The position numbers and the translations under genes were made by a program. A model generated the notes under the pieces. That model was not told the origin of the DNA. It made no database searches and saw only the letters and a program-made list of their open reading frames with translations. Below, one piece after another: positions 46,483 to 55,690 of a stretch of 59,943 bases of DNA (the stretch's first letter is position 1; the number at the start of each line of letters is the position of its first letter). The stretch comes from an uncultured Gammaproteobacteria bacterium (lineage in GTDB: Bacteria; Patescibacteriota; Microgenomatia; UBA12405). The DNA lies in NCBI GenBank assembly GCA_964396145.1, contig CAYNEE010000002.1, forward strand, positions 1-59,943. The letters run 5' to 3'.

Positions 46483-47088
46483 CTATATCTCCCTCCTGCC
46501 TTCAAAGGCTCGAGCAAGCGTCACCTGATCAGCAAAACCAAGCTCAGCCCCCATTGGCAAACCACTACCTATCCGGCTAATTTTGCCCTTAAAACCACCC
46601 TCCTCTAACTTTTTTTTAACGTAAAGCGCTGTCCCCTCTCCTTCAATCGTTGGGTTTGTTGCCAAAATTATCTCTTCTACTTCATTTTTTCCAACTCTTA
46701 AAATCAGTTCATTGATTTTTAGGTCATCCGGACCAATATGATCCAACGGATTAATCGCTCCTCCTAGAACGTGGTACAAACCCTTAAAGCTACCCACCGC
46801 TTCAATTGCCAAAACCTCATCAGCTCTTTCCACTACACATAGAAGCTTCTTCTCCCGAGTACTATCACTACAAATTTCGCACAATTCCCCCTCCCCAACC
46901 CCAAAACACTCCCGGCAGATTTTTATTCTTTTTTTTAAATTTTTTATAGCCTCGCCCATACTCTCCGTCATCGTTTCCGGCACAGATAAAAGATAAAATG
47001 CCAATCTCTGGGCACTTTTCGGCCCAATCCCCGGCAATCTTTCAAAACTGTCCACCACCTCCTGCATGGCCGCCGGTATCTTCTTCAT
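46483..47088 (-). CDS. recR: Recombination protein RecR
   Basis: HhH motif LPGIGPKSAQRLAF, a C4 zinc finger and a Toprim domain. Confidence 0.9.
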   Translation of the reverse strand: MKKIPAAMQEVVDSFERLPGIGPKSAQRLAFYLLSVPETMTESMGEAIKNLKKRIKICRECFGVGEGELCEICSDSTREKKLLCVVERADEVLAIEAVGSFKGLYHVLGGAINPLDHIGPDDLKINELILRVGKNEVEEIILATNPTIEGEGTALYVKKKLEEGGFKGKISRIGSGLPMGAELGFADQVTLARAFEGRREI

Positions 47089-47093
47089 AGTTT

Positions 47094-47345
47094 CTATCTC
47101 ATCAATCCTTCCAAGCCACCCATTTCCTGCATTCTTTTAGCCGCACCTTCTTGTGACTTTTTCATAGCCTTATTAATCACTTCGACGAGCATTTTATTTT
47201 CTTCACCATTAACAGACAAATACTTAACCTTTTGGTCTCCAGAAACCTTAATTAAAATTCCACCTTCTTCAATTTCAGTTATTTCTGACTCTAAAGCTTT
47301 TTTTAATTTAAAAGCCTGGGCTACTAATTTTGCTTTATCAAACAT
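47094..47345 (-). CDS. YbaB/EbfC nucleoid-associated protein (short)
   Basis: 83 aa, in the conserved dnaX-ybaB-recR order. Confidence 0.65.
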   Translation of the reverse strand: MFDKAKLVAQAFKLKKALESEITEIEEGGILIKVSGDQKVKYLSVNGEENKMLVEVINKAMKKSQEGAAKRMQEMGGLEGLMR

Positions 47346-47378
47346 ATTTATAAAAAATATTAACTCTTAATTTTAACA

Positions 47379-48845
47379 TTAACCAAAAATTTCCTTGGCC
47401 ACATCTTCTATCGCCATTTCTTTTTTATTTTCTCGCTTTGCCTCGCCAGAGTCCCTCTCCGACAGAATGGAGGCAGGTTTTTTGTCCGCCAATACACACC
47501 TAAACCCCAACTTTCTCCCAAACACCTTGTCTAAACCTATTTCCACTATTTGTCTGTGTTTCACCTCTTCCAGCTTATCTTTATGAAATTTATAAAATAC
47601 CTCAATTACCAGTTCCCCCTTATCTATTTTTTGAGGTCTAGCCGCTCTCAAAAACGCTTCTACCGAATGGTTGTAGGGCCTAACTGCCAACAACACCTCC
47701 GGCCATTTTATTTCTATCTCATCTATCCTTTTATTCCATTCCTCAGTTTTCTTTTCTGGCCTTTTCTCTTCTATCTCTTTCTCTTTATCTTTTTTTGGTT
47801 GAACTTTGTCATCTAAAGTTTGCTTAGAAATTGTTTTTTGGTTATTGGTTATTTCTATCACTGCCATTTCCAAAGGCAATTGTTCAATCGGCGATATTTT
47901 TTCCCATTCTCCCATCAAAACCAATTTTTCTACAATTTTTTTTACCCCTGAATTATCCAAATCCGTCAACATTTTTTGGTGAAAAAAATTCAACCATTTT
48001 AGTCGAAGCTCTCCAAAATCTACTCCTCTCTGAGCCATTTCTTCCAAGCGGAAAATAATTTTATTGATATCACCAGCCTCTAAATCTTTTTCCAGCTCCT
48101 CCGCCTCATACTCTCCCCTATTTTTAGAAAAATACTCCTCAACCTCTTTTAGTTTTATTTTTTTGCCGTACTCCAAAATTATTTCATTAAAACTTTTTTG
48201 TAAGTTCCTAAAACTGCCGTCTGAATTATTTATAATTATTTTTTTTGCCGGTTCGTCTATTTCAATCTTTTCCCCTTTAATAACTTTATCCAATGACCTT
48301 CCCAACTCTTGCTCTCCTCCTTTCCTGAAATTAACTCTTAAAAGCCTTGATAGTACCGTTTCCGGTATCTTTTGCGGATCAGTCGTACACAAAACAAACA
48401 AGGTCCTCTCCGGAGGCTCTTCTATTAGTTTTAAAAGAGCGTTAAAGGCCTCTTTTGTCAACATGTGCACCTCATCAATGATAAAGACTTTTTTCTGCAG
48501 CCTGACTGGTGCTAAATAAGCATTTTCCTTTAAGGCCCTGACATCATCTATTCCTCTGTTTGAAGCCGCATCAATTTCGATAATATCCAGGCTATTTCCT
48601 TTTTCAATCTCCTGGCAATTACCACACTTTCCGCAAGCCTCTCCCTTTATGGGTTTAAGACAATTCACTGCCTTGGCTAAAATCCGGGCCGCCGAAGTCT
48701 TTCCGGAGCCTTTCGGTCCGACTAAAAGCAATGCCTGAAAAGCACTCTCCTCACTGATTAACTTTTTTATTTTTTCCGATACCTCAGGCAAATCAAGATC
48801 AGTTGTTTTAGTGGGTCGATATTTCAAGTGAAAAACAGCCATCAA
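47379..48845 (-). CDS. dnaX: DNA polymerase III subunit gamma/tau
   Basis: Walker A GPKGSGKTS, a Zn module CGKCGNC, the DEVHML Walker B motif and SRL. Confidence 0.9.
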   Translation of the reverse strand: MMAVFHLKYRPTKTTDLDLPEVSEKIKKLISEESAFQALLLVGPKGSGKTSAARILAKAVNCLKPIKGEACGKCGNCQEIEKGNSLDIIEIDAASNRGIDDVRALKENAYLAPVRLQKKVFIIDEVHMLTKEAFNALLKLIEEPPERTLFVLCTTDPQKIPETVLSRLLRVNFRKGGEQELGRSLDKVIKGEKIEIDEPAKKIIINNSDGSFRNLQKSFNEIILEYGKKIKLKEVEEYFSKNRGEYEAEELEKDLEAGDINKIIFRLEEMAQRGVDFGELRLKWLNFFHQKMLTDLDNSGVKKIVEKLVLMGEWEKISPIEQLPLEMAVIEITNNQKTISKQTLDDKVQPKKDKEKEIEEKRPEKKTEEWNKRIDEIEIKWPEVLLAVRPYNHSVEAFLRAARPQKIDKGELVIEVFYKFHKDKLEEVKHRQIVEIGLDKVFGRKLGFRCVLADKKPASILSERDSGEAKRENKKEMAIEDVAKEIFG

Positions 48846-48856
48846 CCCATTCTAGC

Positions 48857-49219
48857 TTATTTTAAAAGATTTTCTAGCCCGTGTTTAATCCACTCTGATA
48901 AAATTTCCGATTCTTTCTTCAGTAGAAATTTACATTCATATTTTAGCTTGGGTGTACAGATGACAATATCTCCCAATCTTAGCCAACCGTCGCTATCTAC
49001 CTTTCTATTTAGGGGAAAACCCAACACCTGGGGAATATATTTTTTCTGTCTGTATTTAATATTTAAATCTTTAGCTTTTTTAGTCCCGACAAAATAAAGA
49101 CTCAGTTCAGTCGCCTCCTTAAAACCAAAAAAATTCAACCATTTCAAGCTGTATTTGATTACCTCCCCTTCTGATAACCCCCAGTTTTTAGGATGTTTTA
49201 TTAAAACCCTGTTTTTCAT
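48857..49219 (-). CDS. YbeY-like protein truncated before the zinc-binding His triad
   Basis: LNIKYRQKKYIPQVLGFPL and LGDIVIC resemble the YbeY core. The protein stops at ...EWIKHGLENLLK, where YbeY normally has H-G-x-L-H-L-x-G-Y-D-H. Confidence 0.5.
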   Translation of the reverse strand: MKNRVLIKHPKNWGLSEGEVIKYSLKWLNFFGFKEATELSLYFVGTKKAKDLNIKYRQKKYIPQVLGFPLNRKVDSDGWLRLGDIVICTPKLKYECKFLLKKESEILSEWIKHGLENLLK

Positions 49220-49650
49220 TGAGCCAATTCTTCTTTGACTATTTTGGAAACCAATTCTCCTCCGGCCTGACCGGCGACTGCTTTCATACTTTCCCCCATG
49301 ACTGCACCAAAATTGTTGCCTTTTTCGGCAACTATTTTTTTGACTATTTCTCTTAATTTTGTCTCATCCATTTCCTGAGGCAAATAGCTTTTAACCAACT
49401 CAATTTCCTCTTCCTGCTCTTTGACTAAATCTTGCCGACCACCCTTGGCAAACATTGTCTTAGCCTCTTCCTTGTTTTTAAGCTCTTTTCGAAGTACGTT
49501 AATTTCCTCTGCTTCACTCATCTCACCTGGAGGTAACTGCAGTGCCCTTTTGTCAATCAAAGACACCAAAAACCTCAGGGCGTTTGCCTTTTTGCCATTA
49601 CCTGATTTTAACGCTTCAACTGCTTGATTTTTGATTTGATCACACAACAT
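49216..49650 (-). CDS. GatB/YqeY domain protein
   Basis: 144 aa. The pattern ALRFLVSLI...LRKELKNKEEAKTMFAKGGRQDLVKEQEEEIELVKSYLP is typical of YqeY. Confidence 0.7.
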   Translation of the reverse strand: MLCDQIKNQAVEALKSGNGKKANALRFLVSLIDKRALQLPPGEMSEAEEINVLRKELKNKEEAKTMFAKGGRQDLVKEQEEEIELVKSYLPQEMDETKLREIVKKIVAEKGNNFGAVMGESMKAVAGQAGGELVSKIVKEELAQ

Positions 49651-49855
49651 ATTTTCGGGATTTTTTAGCTCTCTTGCGACACCTTTCTCTCCACAAGATT
49701 ACTTTTTTTTGAGCATAACGGACTTCTGATGGTTTTTCATAAGCCGCCCTTTTACGGACTTCTTCTGTAATATCCTCCTCCATGCACAGCCGTCGGAATT
49801 TACCGATAATATCATCTTTAGTTTCGCCTTTTTTTCTTTTGACAATTATGGGCAT
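49640..49855 (-). CDS. rpsU: Ribosomal protein S21
   Basis: MPIIVKRKKGE...FRR...YEKPSEVR. A strong SD (AAGGAGGTG) lies upstream. Confidence 0.8.
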   Translation of the reverse strand: MPIIVKRKKGETKDDIIGKFRRLCMEEDITEEVRKRAAYEKPSEVRYAQKKVILWRERCRKRAKKSRKYVV

Positions 49856-49892
49856 CAAATCACCTCCTTAAACTCTGCTATTTTACCTGTCT

Positions 49893-50564
49893 TTACTGAC
49901 TTTGTAAACACTTGGCTCTATCAAGACTATTGACTACCCCATCATTGTTTAAATCTCCAGGAGACACACACTTTACCGTTGGTATCGGAGTCGTCGCCGT
50001 TCCTCCCTGACCCTTTTGACAGAACATATAGTCCAAGCTATTAACCACTCCATCCTTATTATAATCAGTACTCCGGTCACAAACTCCAGCAGCCCCTGTC
50101 GGCCTAATCCCCACCGATGAGGTAGGTGTGGGAGCTGTTGTTATCACAGGTAAGACAGTCCCTGAAGGTGTCGCTCCTTTAGTTTTAAAAGAATATGGAA
50201 TCCCATTATTATCAAATTGCTCCTCACCTATCTTGATCCTAAAATAATAGTTAGTATTAGCCTTTAGGGAACTTAAAGTTACTGAATGATTGGTCACCGC
50301 CTCACTTTCAGGTGCTCTCAACAATAAACTTGCTGGAGTGGTCCCGTATTCCACCACCCCCATATTGGCTTTGTCAGATACCCAAGTAATCACTGCACTC
50401 TTACCGTCTTCACCAGCTTTAGCCAGCACATTCTTAGGTTCCGTAGCTGCAGAAGCTCCACTAAAAAAAGTTTTGGCAGTTGTCATGCCTACAACCCCCA
50501 ATACTCCCACCAAAAGCATAATCACAATGATAATGATCGTTTTTACAGTCGGTTTCTTGGTCAT
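49893..50564 (-). CDS. Surface protein: signal anchor, Fn3/PAP_N-like domain, PT linker and a two-repeat dockerin-like module
   Basis: VITWVSDKANMGVVEYG...TNYYFRIK, then DYNKDGVVNSLD and DLNNDGVVNSLD. Both repeats fit the DxNxDGxxNxxD Ca-binding loops of dockerins. Confidence 0.65.
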   Translation of the reverse strand: MTKKPTVKTIIIIVIMLLVGVLGVVGMTTAKTFFSGASAATEPKNVLAKAGEDGKSAVITWVSDKANMGVVEYGTTPASLLLRAPESEAVTNHSVTLSSLKANTNYYFRIKIGEEQFDNNGIPYSFKTKGATPSGTVLPVITTAPTPTSSVGIRPTGAAGVCDRSTDYNKDGVVNSLDYMFCQKGQGGTATTPIPTVKCVSPGDLNNDGVVNSLDRAKCLQSQ

Positions 50565-51223
50565 AACCTTCTCAAAGCTAGTGAAGATAATACCCCGATT
50601 ACACCCATAACCATCAACACAATTGTATTTTCTACTGTTCCAGTTTTAGGCAATTCTCCGGCTGGTGGAGCGGTAGTTACCTGTGCCTGTGGAGCTGTTG
50701 TCCCGTCATTTGCCACAATATTATATAGTCCATTCTGATTACTGCTACACACAATTAAATCTTGAAGACTCGTTTCGTTCCAAATATTTGAATCCTTACT
50801 CTCCCCAGGTGTACAGCTAAAATTGGCAGGAGCACTACCTAGCGCCTTGGCCTTAAAAGTCAACACAGCTAAATCACCATTCAGAGGCGTCATCTCGTAA
50901 GTAATTGAATCACGAGGTCCAAAATTAGTTGCAAATTTACCAGCCACATTATCTATTTGTACATCTCCCATAGAAAAATCAAATGCCGGACTAGGAGCCT
51001 TGTCTAAAGAAATAAGCTCTAATCTAGTATTATCAAAAGTACCCCAAGTATCCACCATTTGTGACTTGTTACCTCCAGAATCCACGGCAATCATCACTTT
51101 AAAAGTATCCCCTATCTTGTAGGTTCCTGCACTGGGCACAAACTTTAAAACCGCATTAGCAGCTAAAACCTTGTTAGCTGGAAAGAGAAATAAAACTAAT
51201 AATATTGCTAGTATCCTTTTCAT
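50561..51223 (-). CDS. Cohesin-like domain protein with a C-terminal LPXTG sortase anchor
   Basis: Signal peptide ...NKVLA, then AVLKFVPSAGTYKIGDTFKVMIAVDS...FDNTRLELISL...GDLAVLTFKAKALGSAPANF (cohesin-like pattern). The C-terminus is LPKTG, a hydrophobic stretch, then RRL. Confidence 0.55.
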   Translation of the reverse strand: MKRILAILLVLFLFPANKVLAANAVLKFVPSAGTYKIGDTFKVMIAVDSGGNKSQMVDTWGTFDNTRLELISLDKAPSPAFDFSMGDVQIDNVAGKFATNFGPRDSITYEMTPLNGDLAVLTFKAKALGSAPANFSCTPGESKDSNIWNETSLQDLIVCSSNQNGLYNIVANDGTTAPQAQVTTAPPAGELPKTGTVENTIVLMVMGVIGVLSSLALRRL

Positions 51224-51762
51224 TTACTTAAATAAGGTAACACTTTTGCACTGCTGTTTTCAACCAAATTAGTTTTGGAGTCAATTGAAAGACTTGCTTC
51301 AGGTGACAACGGTTTTATGTCAAACTCCACAATCCCAATTTCCTTGTTAGCTGTTAATTTATAACCATCCTTTTCCACAATCAAATAATTGGCTACTATC
51401 AAAAATTTGTCACGACTATCTTTTATAAAAGCCGGAGCCGGTAAAACCCCCGCATTTTTAAGATTACTAATTTCCATACCCTTGTAATTTACATAAAGAT
51501 CAATTGCCCCTAAAGATTGGTCATTTTTAGAAACTAACATTAAGACTCTATGATTTCCCTGTTCTTTCCAATAAAAACTGATGTCAGCCTCTGAAATTGG
51601 GGTTACAGTACCTATTGTCTCTTTCTCAACCATAGTCGGAGTCGTGTTTACAACTTCTAGACTTTGGTTATTTTTATTAGTTCTGGATAAAAATATAACG
51701 CTTTCTACTATGACTACAATCGATATTAATACAATCGGCCAAAATAATTTATTGTTTTTCAT
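51220..51762 (-). CDS. Membrane-anchored hypothetical protein (possibly a second cohesin-like beta-sandwich)
   Basis: N-terminal TM helix, then LGAIDLYVNYKGMEISNL...IGIVEFDIKPLSPEASLSI. A 4-nt overlap links it to the downstream gene. Confidence 0.4.
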   Translation of the reverse strand: MKNNKLFWPIVLISIVVIVESVIFLSRTNKNNQSLEVVNTTPTMVEKETIGTVTPISEADISFYWKEQGNHRVLMLVSKNDQSLGAIDLYVNYKGMEISNLKNAGVLPAPAFIKDSRDKFLIVANYLIVEKDGYKLTANKEIGIVEFDIKPLSPEASLSIDSKTNLVENSSAKVLPYLSK

Positions 51763-51766
51763 AAAT

Positions 51767-52933
51767 TTAATATAATTGTCCTTGCTTTTTAGCCAAGGTC
51801 AGCCTTAATAAATTAACATCATTAGTATTTACCTGGCAGTTTCCGTCCAAATCACCTTTTAGATTCTGTCCATCAGCCACTGTAACCAATTTAGCTGATT
51901 GATTCTTTACATAGATAAAGTCAATTCCGTTTACTTCTCCGTCCTGTTCCTCACTATCCTTACCTACCACATCTCCAGGCAAAATCGGATAGTCCGTAAA
52001 ATCATACCAAGGGCTGGTAGCGGGGTCATTAGTCATGGTAATTTCACCTGTATACTTACCCGCCGCCTCACTTTGTTTATTTTTATAATATTTCATTTGT
52101 AAGTGTTTACTCCCTTTAAAGAGTGCTGACACACTATCAGTGTAAGCAAAATCTTTAAGTGGCACACTACCCTTAAACACTACCCTGTCTTCTTTATCAA
52201 TCACTTCTTGAGGAATTATGTTGTTATAAGCTTTCCTGTTCTGATCACCGTGCTGAACTATAAGCTGCAAAGGCCAGTCAACTAAACACTTATGGTCATT
52301 GGGTCTAATCCCATAATAACTAACCATGTAATTCAAAACTGGGTCTCCAGTGGGAACTACCACACCATCAGTAATCTCATACTCACCATTACCGGTAATG
52401 TTCCCATCTAAAAGTTTTTCAGCACTTCCTGGAGCATAAATAGTTCCCCTAGAATCCTCTTTAACCAGGGTTATTGCCCTGGGACCACCTTTTTTAACCG
52501 CATCAAAATTCAAAGTTATGGCCTGACCTGCATCCTTAAGATTGGCCGTACAAGTCGTCGCTGTATCATCGGCTACCACTGTTACAAAAGTACAAGTTAA
52601 ACCTGCACTATTAGTCGGTAATGTCTTACTTAAAGCCACACTTCTGAAACCATTGGCCGTAACCCCAGTTGCGCCCTTAAAAACAATCTCTGGACCATAA
52701 CAAACTTTCGTTTGTACGGTTTCTACCTTGGAATTAGCAGGTCCTGAATAGCTAATCACATAACTTAATTTTTCACCAACCTTTTTAGTTATCCGTGTTC
52801 CTGGCGAAATAAACAAATTCAATACACCGGCCGCCGCTCCTTTTCTCACATCCTGGTTTTGCTTAACCAAAAGTAAACCACCCCCGACTGCTGTCAGTAA
52901 TAAAAGTGTTAATATGATTTTCCCTACTTTCAT
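51767..52933 (-). CDS. Surface protein with a single C-terminal dockerin-like repeat
   Basis: The start is taken at MKVGKIILTLLLLTAVGG. The C-terminus carries DLDGNCQVNTNDVNLLRL. Confidence 0.55.
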   Translation of the reverse strand: MKVGKIILTLLLLTAVGGGLLLVKQNQDVRKGAAAGVLNLFISPGTRITKKVGEKLSYVISYSGPANSKVETVQTKVCYGPEIVFKGATGVTANGFRSVALSKTLPTNSAGLTCTFVTVVADDTATTCTANLKDAGQAITLNFDAVKKGGPRAITLVKEDSRGTIYAPGSAEKLLDGNITGNGEYEITDGVVVPTGDPVLNYMVSYYGIRPNDHKCLVDWPLQLIVQHGDQNRKAYNNIIPQEVIDKEDRVVFKGSVPLKDFAYTDSVSALFKGSKHLQMKYYKNKQSEAAGKYTGEITMTNDPATSPWYDFTDYPILPGDVVGKDSEEQDGEVNGIDFIYVKNQSAKLVTVADGQNLKGDLDGNCQVNTNDVNLLRLTLAKKQGQLY

Positions 52934-52937
52934 TATC

Positions 52938-54254
52938 TTATTTAAACATAGTAATATAATTATTTTTCCAAATTTCATAGTCGGCCATAGTGACCAATCC
53001 GTCACAATTGAAATCAGCTTTCCAGTTGTTCCTGGTACTGGGATCAGTACCACACTTGGCTACATTAAACTCATCTCTCCAAATGGAATAATCCATCAAA
53101 TCAACCGAACCACTACAGTTAGCATCACCCTTACCCTTAGCCGTAGCATCAGAACACTGAGTACATTTAGAAGTCGCTGTACACTTAGTTAAATCTGTAG
53201 TCCAATTTCCTCCAACAGCCGGACAGCAATAATCTCTGCCTCCGCAAGCCATTTTCATACCTGCCGCAGTACATAAAGTATCCTGAGGTGTTCCGTCGGA
53301 ATCGGGAGGAGTACAATTTCTAAGCTTGTTACCATTATTTGGATCAGGACAGGCTTGAGCCCCAGGACATTTATCAGATACCGGAGGCTTAGATGGAGGT
53401 TGAGTCACCACAATCGGCGGATTTGCCGGTTTACAGATTCCGCTTGAACAATTTTTACTATTACATTGAGTATTGTTAGTACACTTACAATTATCCGGTC
53501 TATTGGTCAATAAACTACAGTTCTCTATACATTGAGGGTAAGCCAAACCCTCATCGGTACAAGTCAAACCAGAACAGCAAGACCGAGTCGAACAAGGCTT
53601 ACCACTACCAGCACAAACCACCGGTGTCGGTGTCGGAATAGGGATATAAGTTGGAATTTCAGTTCTAGGCACACACCGAGGATACGATAAACCCTCATCA
53701 GTACATACATCAGTCGACAAACAACACGATCTAGTGGAACATGCCTGACCAGATTTCGCACAAGGAATCGGAGTCGGAGTTGCTGGCCGAGGAGTATTGG
53801 TTGGTACAGCCGTTGGCCTTATTCCGCACCTATTATCACCACAATAGCCGCTAGCACACAAACTGTGTCCATTACAGTAACAACCATTAGGTCTACCGGT
53901 CGCCCTGCCACAAGGATCAACAGGTAAATTAGCACAAACACCATCTCCGCAATACCCGCTACAACAATTAGAATTGTTACTACACCCAGAACCATTATTC
54001 CTACACCGAGGAGTGGTTGGAATACTTGTAGGAACTCTGGTAGGTGCTACTCCTCCACATCTTCCTCCATTACATATTCCCGAACAACACTCACCATTAT
54101 ATCTACAAGAATGATTCGCTGGACCACATCCACCAGCCGCCTGATTTCTACTATCCTGATTCTCTTGAACTAATTTCGTGGCTACTGGAATCGCAATAGC
54201 CATTACCAACAAACCTAAAATCAAGGGAATTTGAGCTAAACCTTTTCTTTTCAT
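52938..54254 (-). CDS. Membrane-anchored protein with multiple cysteine-knot-like modules separated by PT linkers and a C-terminal two-repeat dockerin-like module
   Basis: The start is taken at MKRKGLAQIPLILGLLVMAIAI. Modules include CGPANHSCRYNGECCSGICNGGRC and CRNNGSGCSNNSNCCSGYCGDGVC. The C-terminus has DANCSGSVDLMD and DFNCDGLVTMAD. Confidence 0.65.
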   Translation of the reverse strand: MKRKGLAQIPLILGLLVMAIAIPVATKLVQENQDSRNQAAGGCGPANHSCRYNGECCSGICNGGRCGGVAPTRVPTSIPTTPRCRNNGSGCSNNSNCCSGYCGDGVCANLPVDPCGRATGRPNGCYCNGHSLCASGYCGDNRCGIRPTAVPTNTPRPATPTPIPCAKSGQACSTRSCCLSTDVCTDEGLSYPRCVPRTEIPTYIPIPTPTPVVCAGSGKPCSTRSCCSGLTCTDEGLAYPQCIENCSLLTNRPDNCKCTNNTQCNSKNCSSGICKPANPPIVVTQPPSKPPVSDKCPGAQACPDPNNGNKLRNCTPPDSDGTPQDTLCTAAGMKMACGGRDYCCPAVGGNWTTDLTKCTATSKCTQCSDATAKGKGDANCSGSVDLMDYSIWRDEFNVAKCGTDPSTRNNWKADFNCDGLVTMADYEIWKNNYITMFK

Positions 54255-54324
54255 TGTTCTAATTTCAACTATTTCTGCTTTCAGTTTTACATGTTTACCA
54301 TACCAGGTCAATAGATCAAATTCA

Positions 54325-54342
54325 TATACTATATATAGTATA
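54325..54342. promoter_or_regulatory. Perfect 18-bp palindrome TATACTATATATAGTATA in the divergent promoter region
   Basis: It lies between the divergent starts at 54254 (minus strand) and 54359 (plus strand). The two 9-nt halves are exact reverse complements. Confidence 0.35.
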
Positions 54343-54358
54343 CTGTTTTTAAAGACTC

Positions 54359-55690
54359 ATGAAATCAAAAAGTACCAAGACCCTCATCCTCCTTCTCCTT
54401 CTCCCCTTTCTACTTTTTGCTCTTAAAACTATTCTCGACATCCGCAAATCAGCCTCAGGTGTTCCCGCCAATATCATCATCAACACTCAATCTTTAGGCA
54501 CAAATATAAACGGAAGTCTCTGGAAAAATCTGGCCCAAGGTGGTGAAGAAGCCAAAGACATGATTGGCCCCGTCGCTACTAAACTCCAATCTCTCCAGCT
54601 CCAATTAATCCGTATTGATCATCTTTTTGATTATTACCAGGTTGATCAGGGCAATGGCCAATACGATTTTTCTCGACTTGACCAAGCTGTCAATAGTATT
54701 TTAGCGACAGGCGCCAAACCCATGCTGTCTTTATCCTACACCCCCGATTCCAAGGAACCCGGTGATTGGAACCAGTGGAATCGCTTAATTGAGGCTACTG
54801 CCCGACATTATTCAGTTGAAAAAAATATCTCCGGAATTTATTACGAAGTTTGGAACGAACCCGATCTCTTTGGTGGCTGGCACTATGGCCGTTCTCCCAA
54901 CTATCTCACTCTCTATAAAAATACCTCTTTGGCTGTAAAAAGAGGAGCTGGAAATAGTTCCTATAAAATAGGCGGTCCGGCTATTACTGCCTACTACAAT
55001 AATTGGATTAAAGCTCTCTTTAAATTTGCCGCCGCCAATAATTTACCTCTGGATTTTATTTCCTGGCATAAATATTCTTTTAATTCTGATGATTATGTCC
55101 GTGATTTTGAAAATTTAAATTCAATTCTTGCCGACTACCCTCAATATTTTAATATTGAAAGGTTAATTACCGAGCTTGGCCCCAATTCCGAACCCGACTC
55201 TGCTTACGACAACTCTCTTAGTGGCATTCATCTCATTTCTCTCTCTACTAAACTTTATGGAAAAATCCATCGCATTTTTACTTTTGAAGCTGTCGATGGA
55301 CCCTCTGCCCGCTCAGATAAATCCACAGGTTGGGGAATTCTTTCCCACAGTGGTCAAATTAAACCTCGTTACCAGGCTCTTCAGTTTCTCAACCAAATTA
55401 GCGGCACTCAATTAGCCCACGAAGGCGACGGTACTTGGGTTACTTCTCTCTCTTCCAAAAAAAGCACTACTATCCAAACTCTTCTCGTCAACTACGACCC
55501 TAAACTCAGCCACATCGAAACCACCCCCATTACTTATCAAGGTTTAACTCCAGGCAAATATCTCTTAAAAACCAGCCAATATTTAGGCAATAATAATCAA
55601 AAAATTATCGATGTAATCAGTGATCACTACACCGAAAACATTTATCTTAACCCCAACACTGCTTATTTTCTTGAGCTAACTAAAAACTAG
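54359..55690 (+). CDS. Membrane-anchored clan GH-A glycoside hydrolase (GH39/GH5-like)
   Basis: N-terminal TM helix, YYEVWNEPDLFGGW (NEP acid/base motif), and later RLITELGPN (candidate nucleophile Glu). Confidence 0.55.
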   Translation: MKSKSTKTLILLLLLPFLLFALKTILDIRKSASGVPANIIINTQSLGTNINGSLWKNLAQGGEEAKDMIGPVATKLQSLQLQLIRIDHLFDYYQVDQGNGQYDFSRLDQAVNSILATGAKPMLSLSYTPDSKEPGDWNQWNRLIEATARHYSVEKNISGIYYEVWNEPDLFGGWHYGRSPNYLTLYKNTSLAVKRGAGNSSYKIGGPAITAYYNNWIKALFKFAAANNLPLDFISWHKYSFNSDDYVRDFENLNSILADYPQYFNIERLITELGPNSEPDSAYDNSLSGIHLISLSTKLYGKIHRIFTFEAVDGPSARSDKSTGWGILSHSGQIKPRYQALQFLNQISGTQLAHEGDGTWVTSLSSKKSTTIQTLLVNYDPKLSHIETTPITYQGLTPGKYLLKTSQYLGNNNQKIIDVISDHYTENIYLNPNTAYFLELTKN

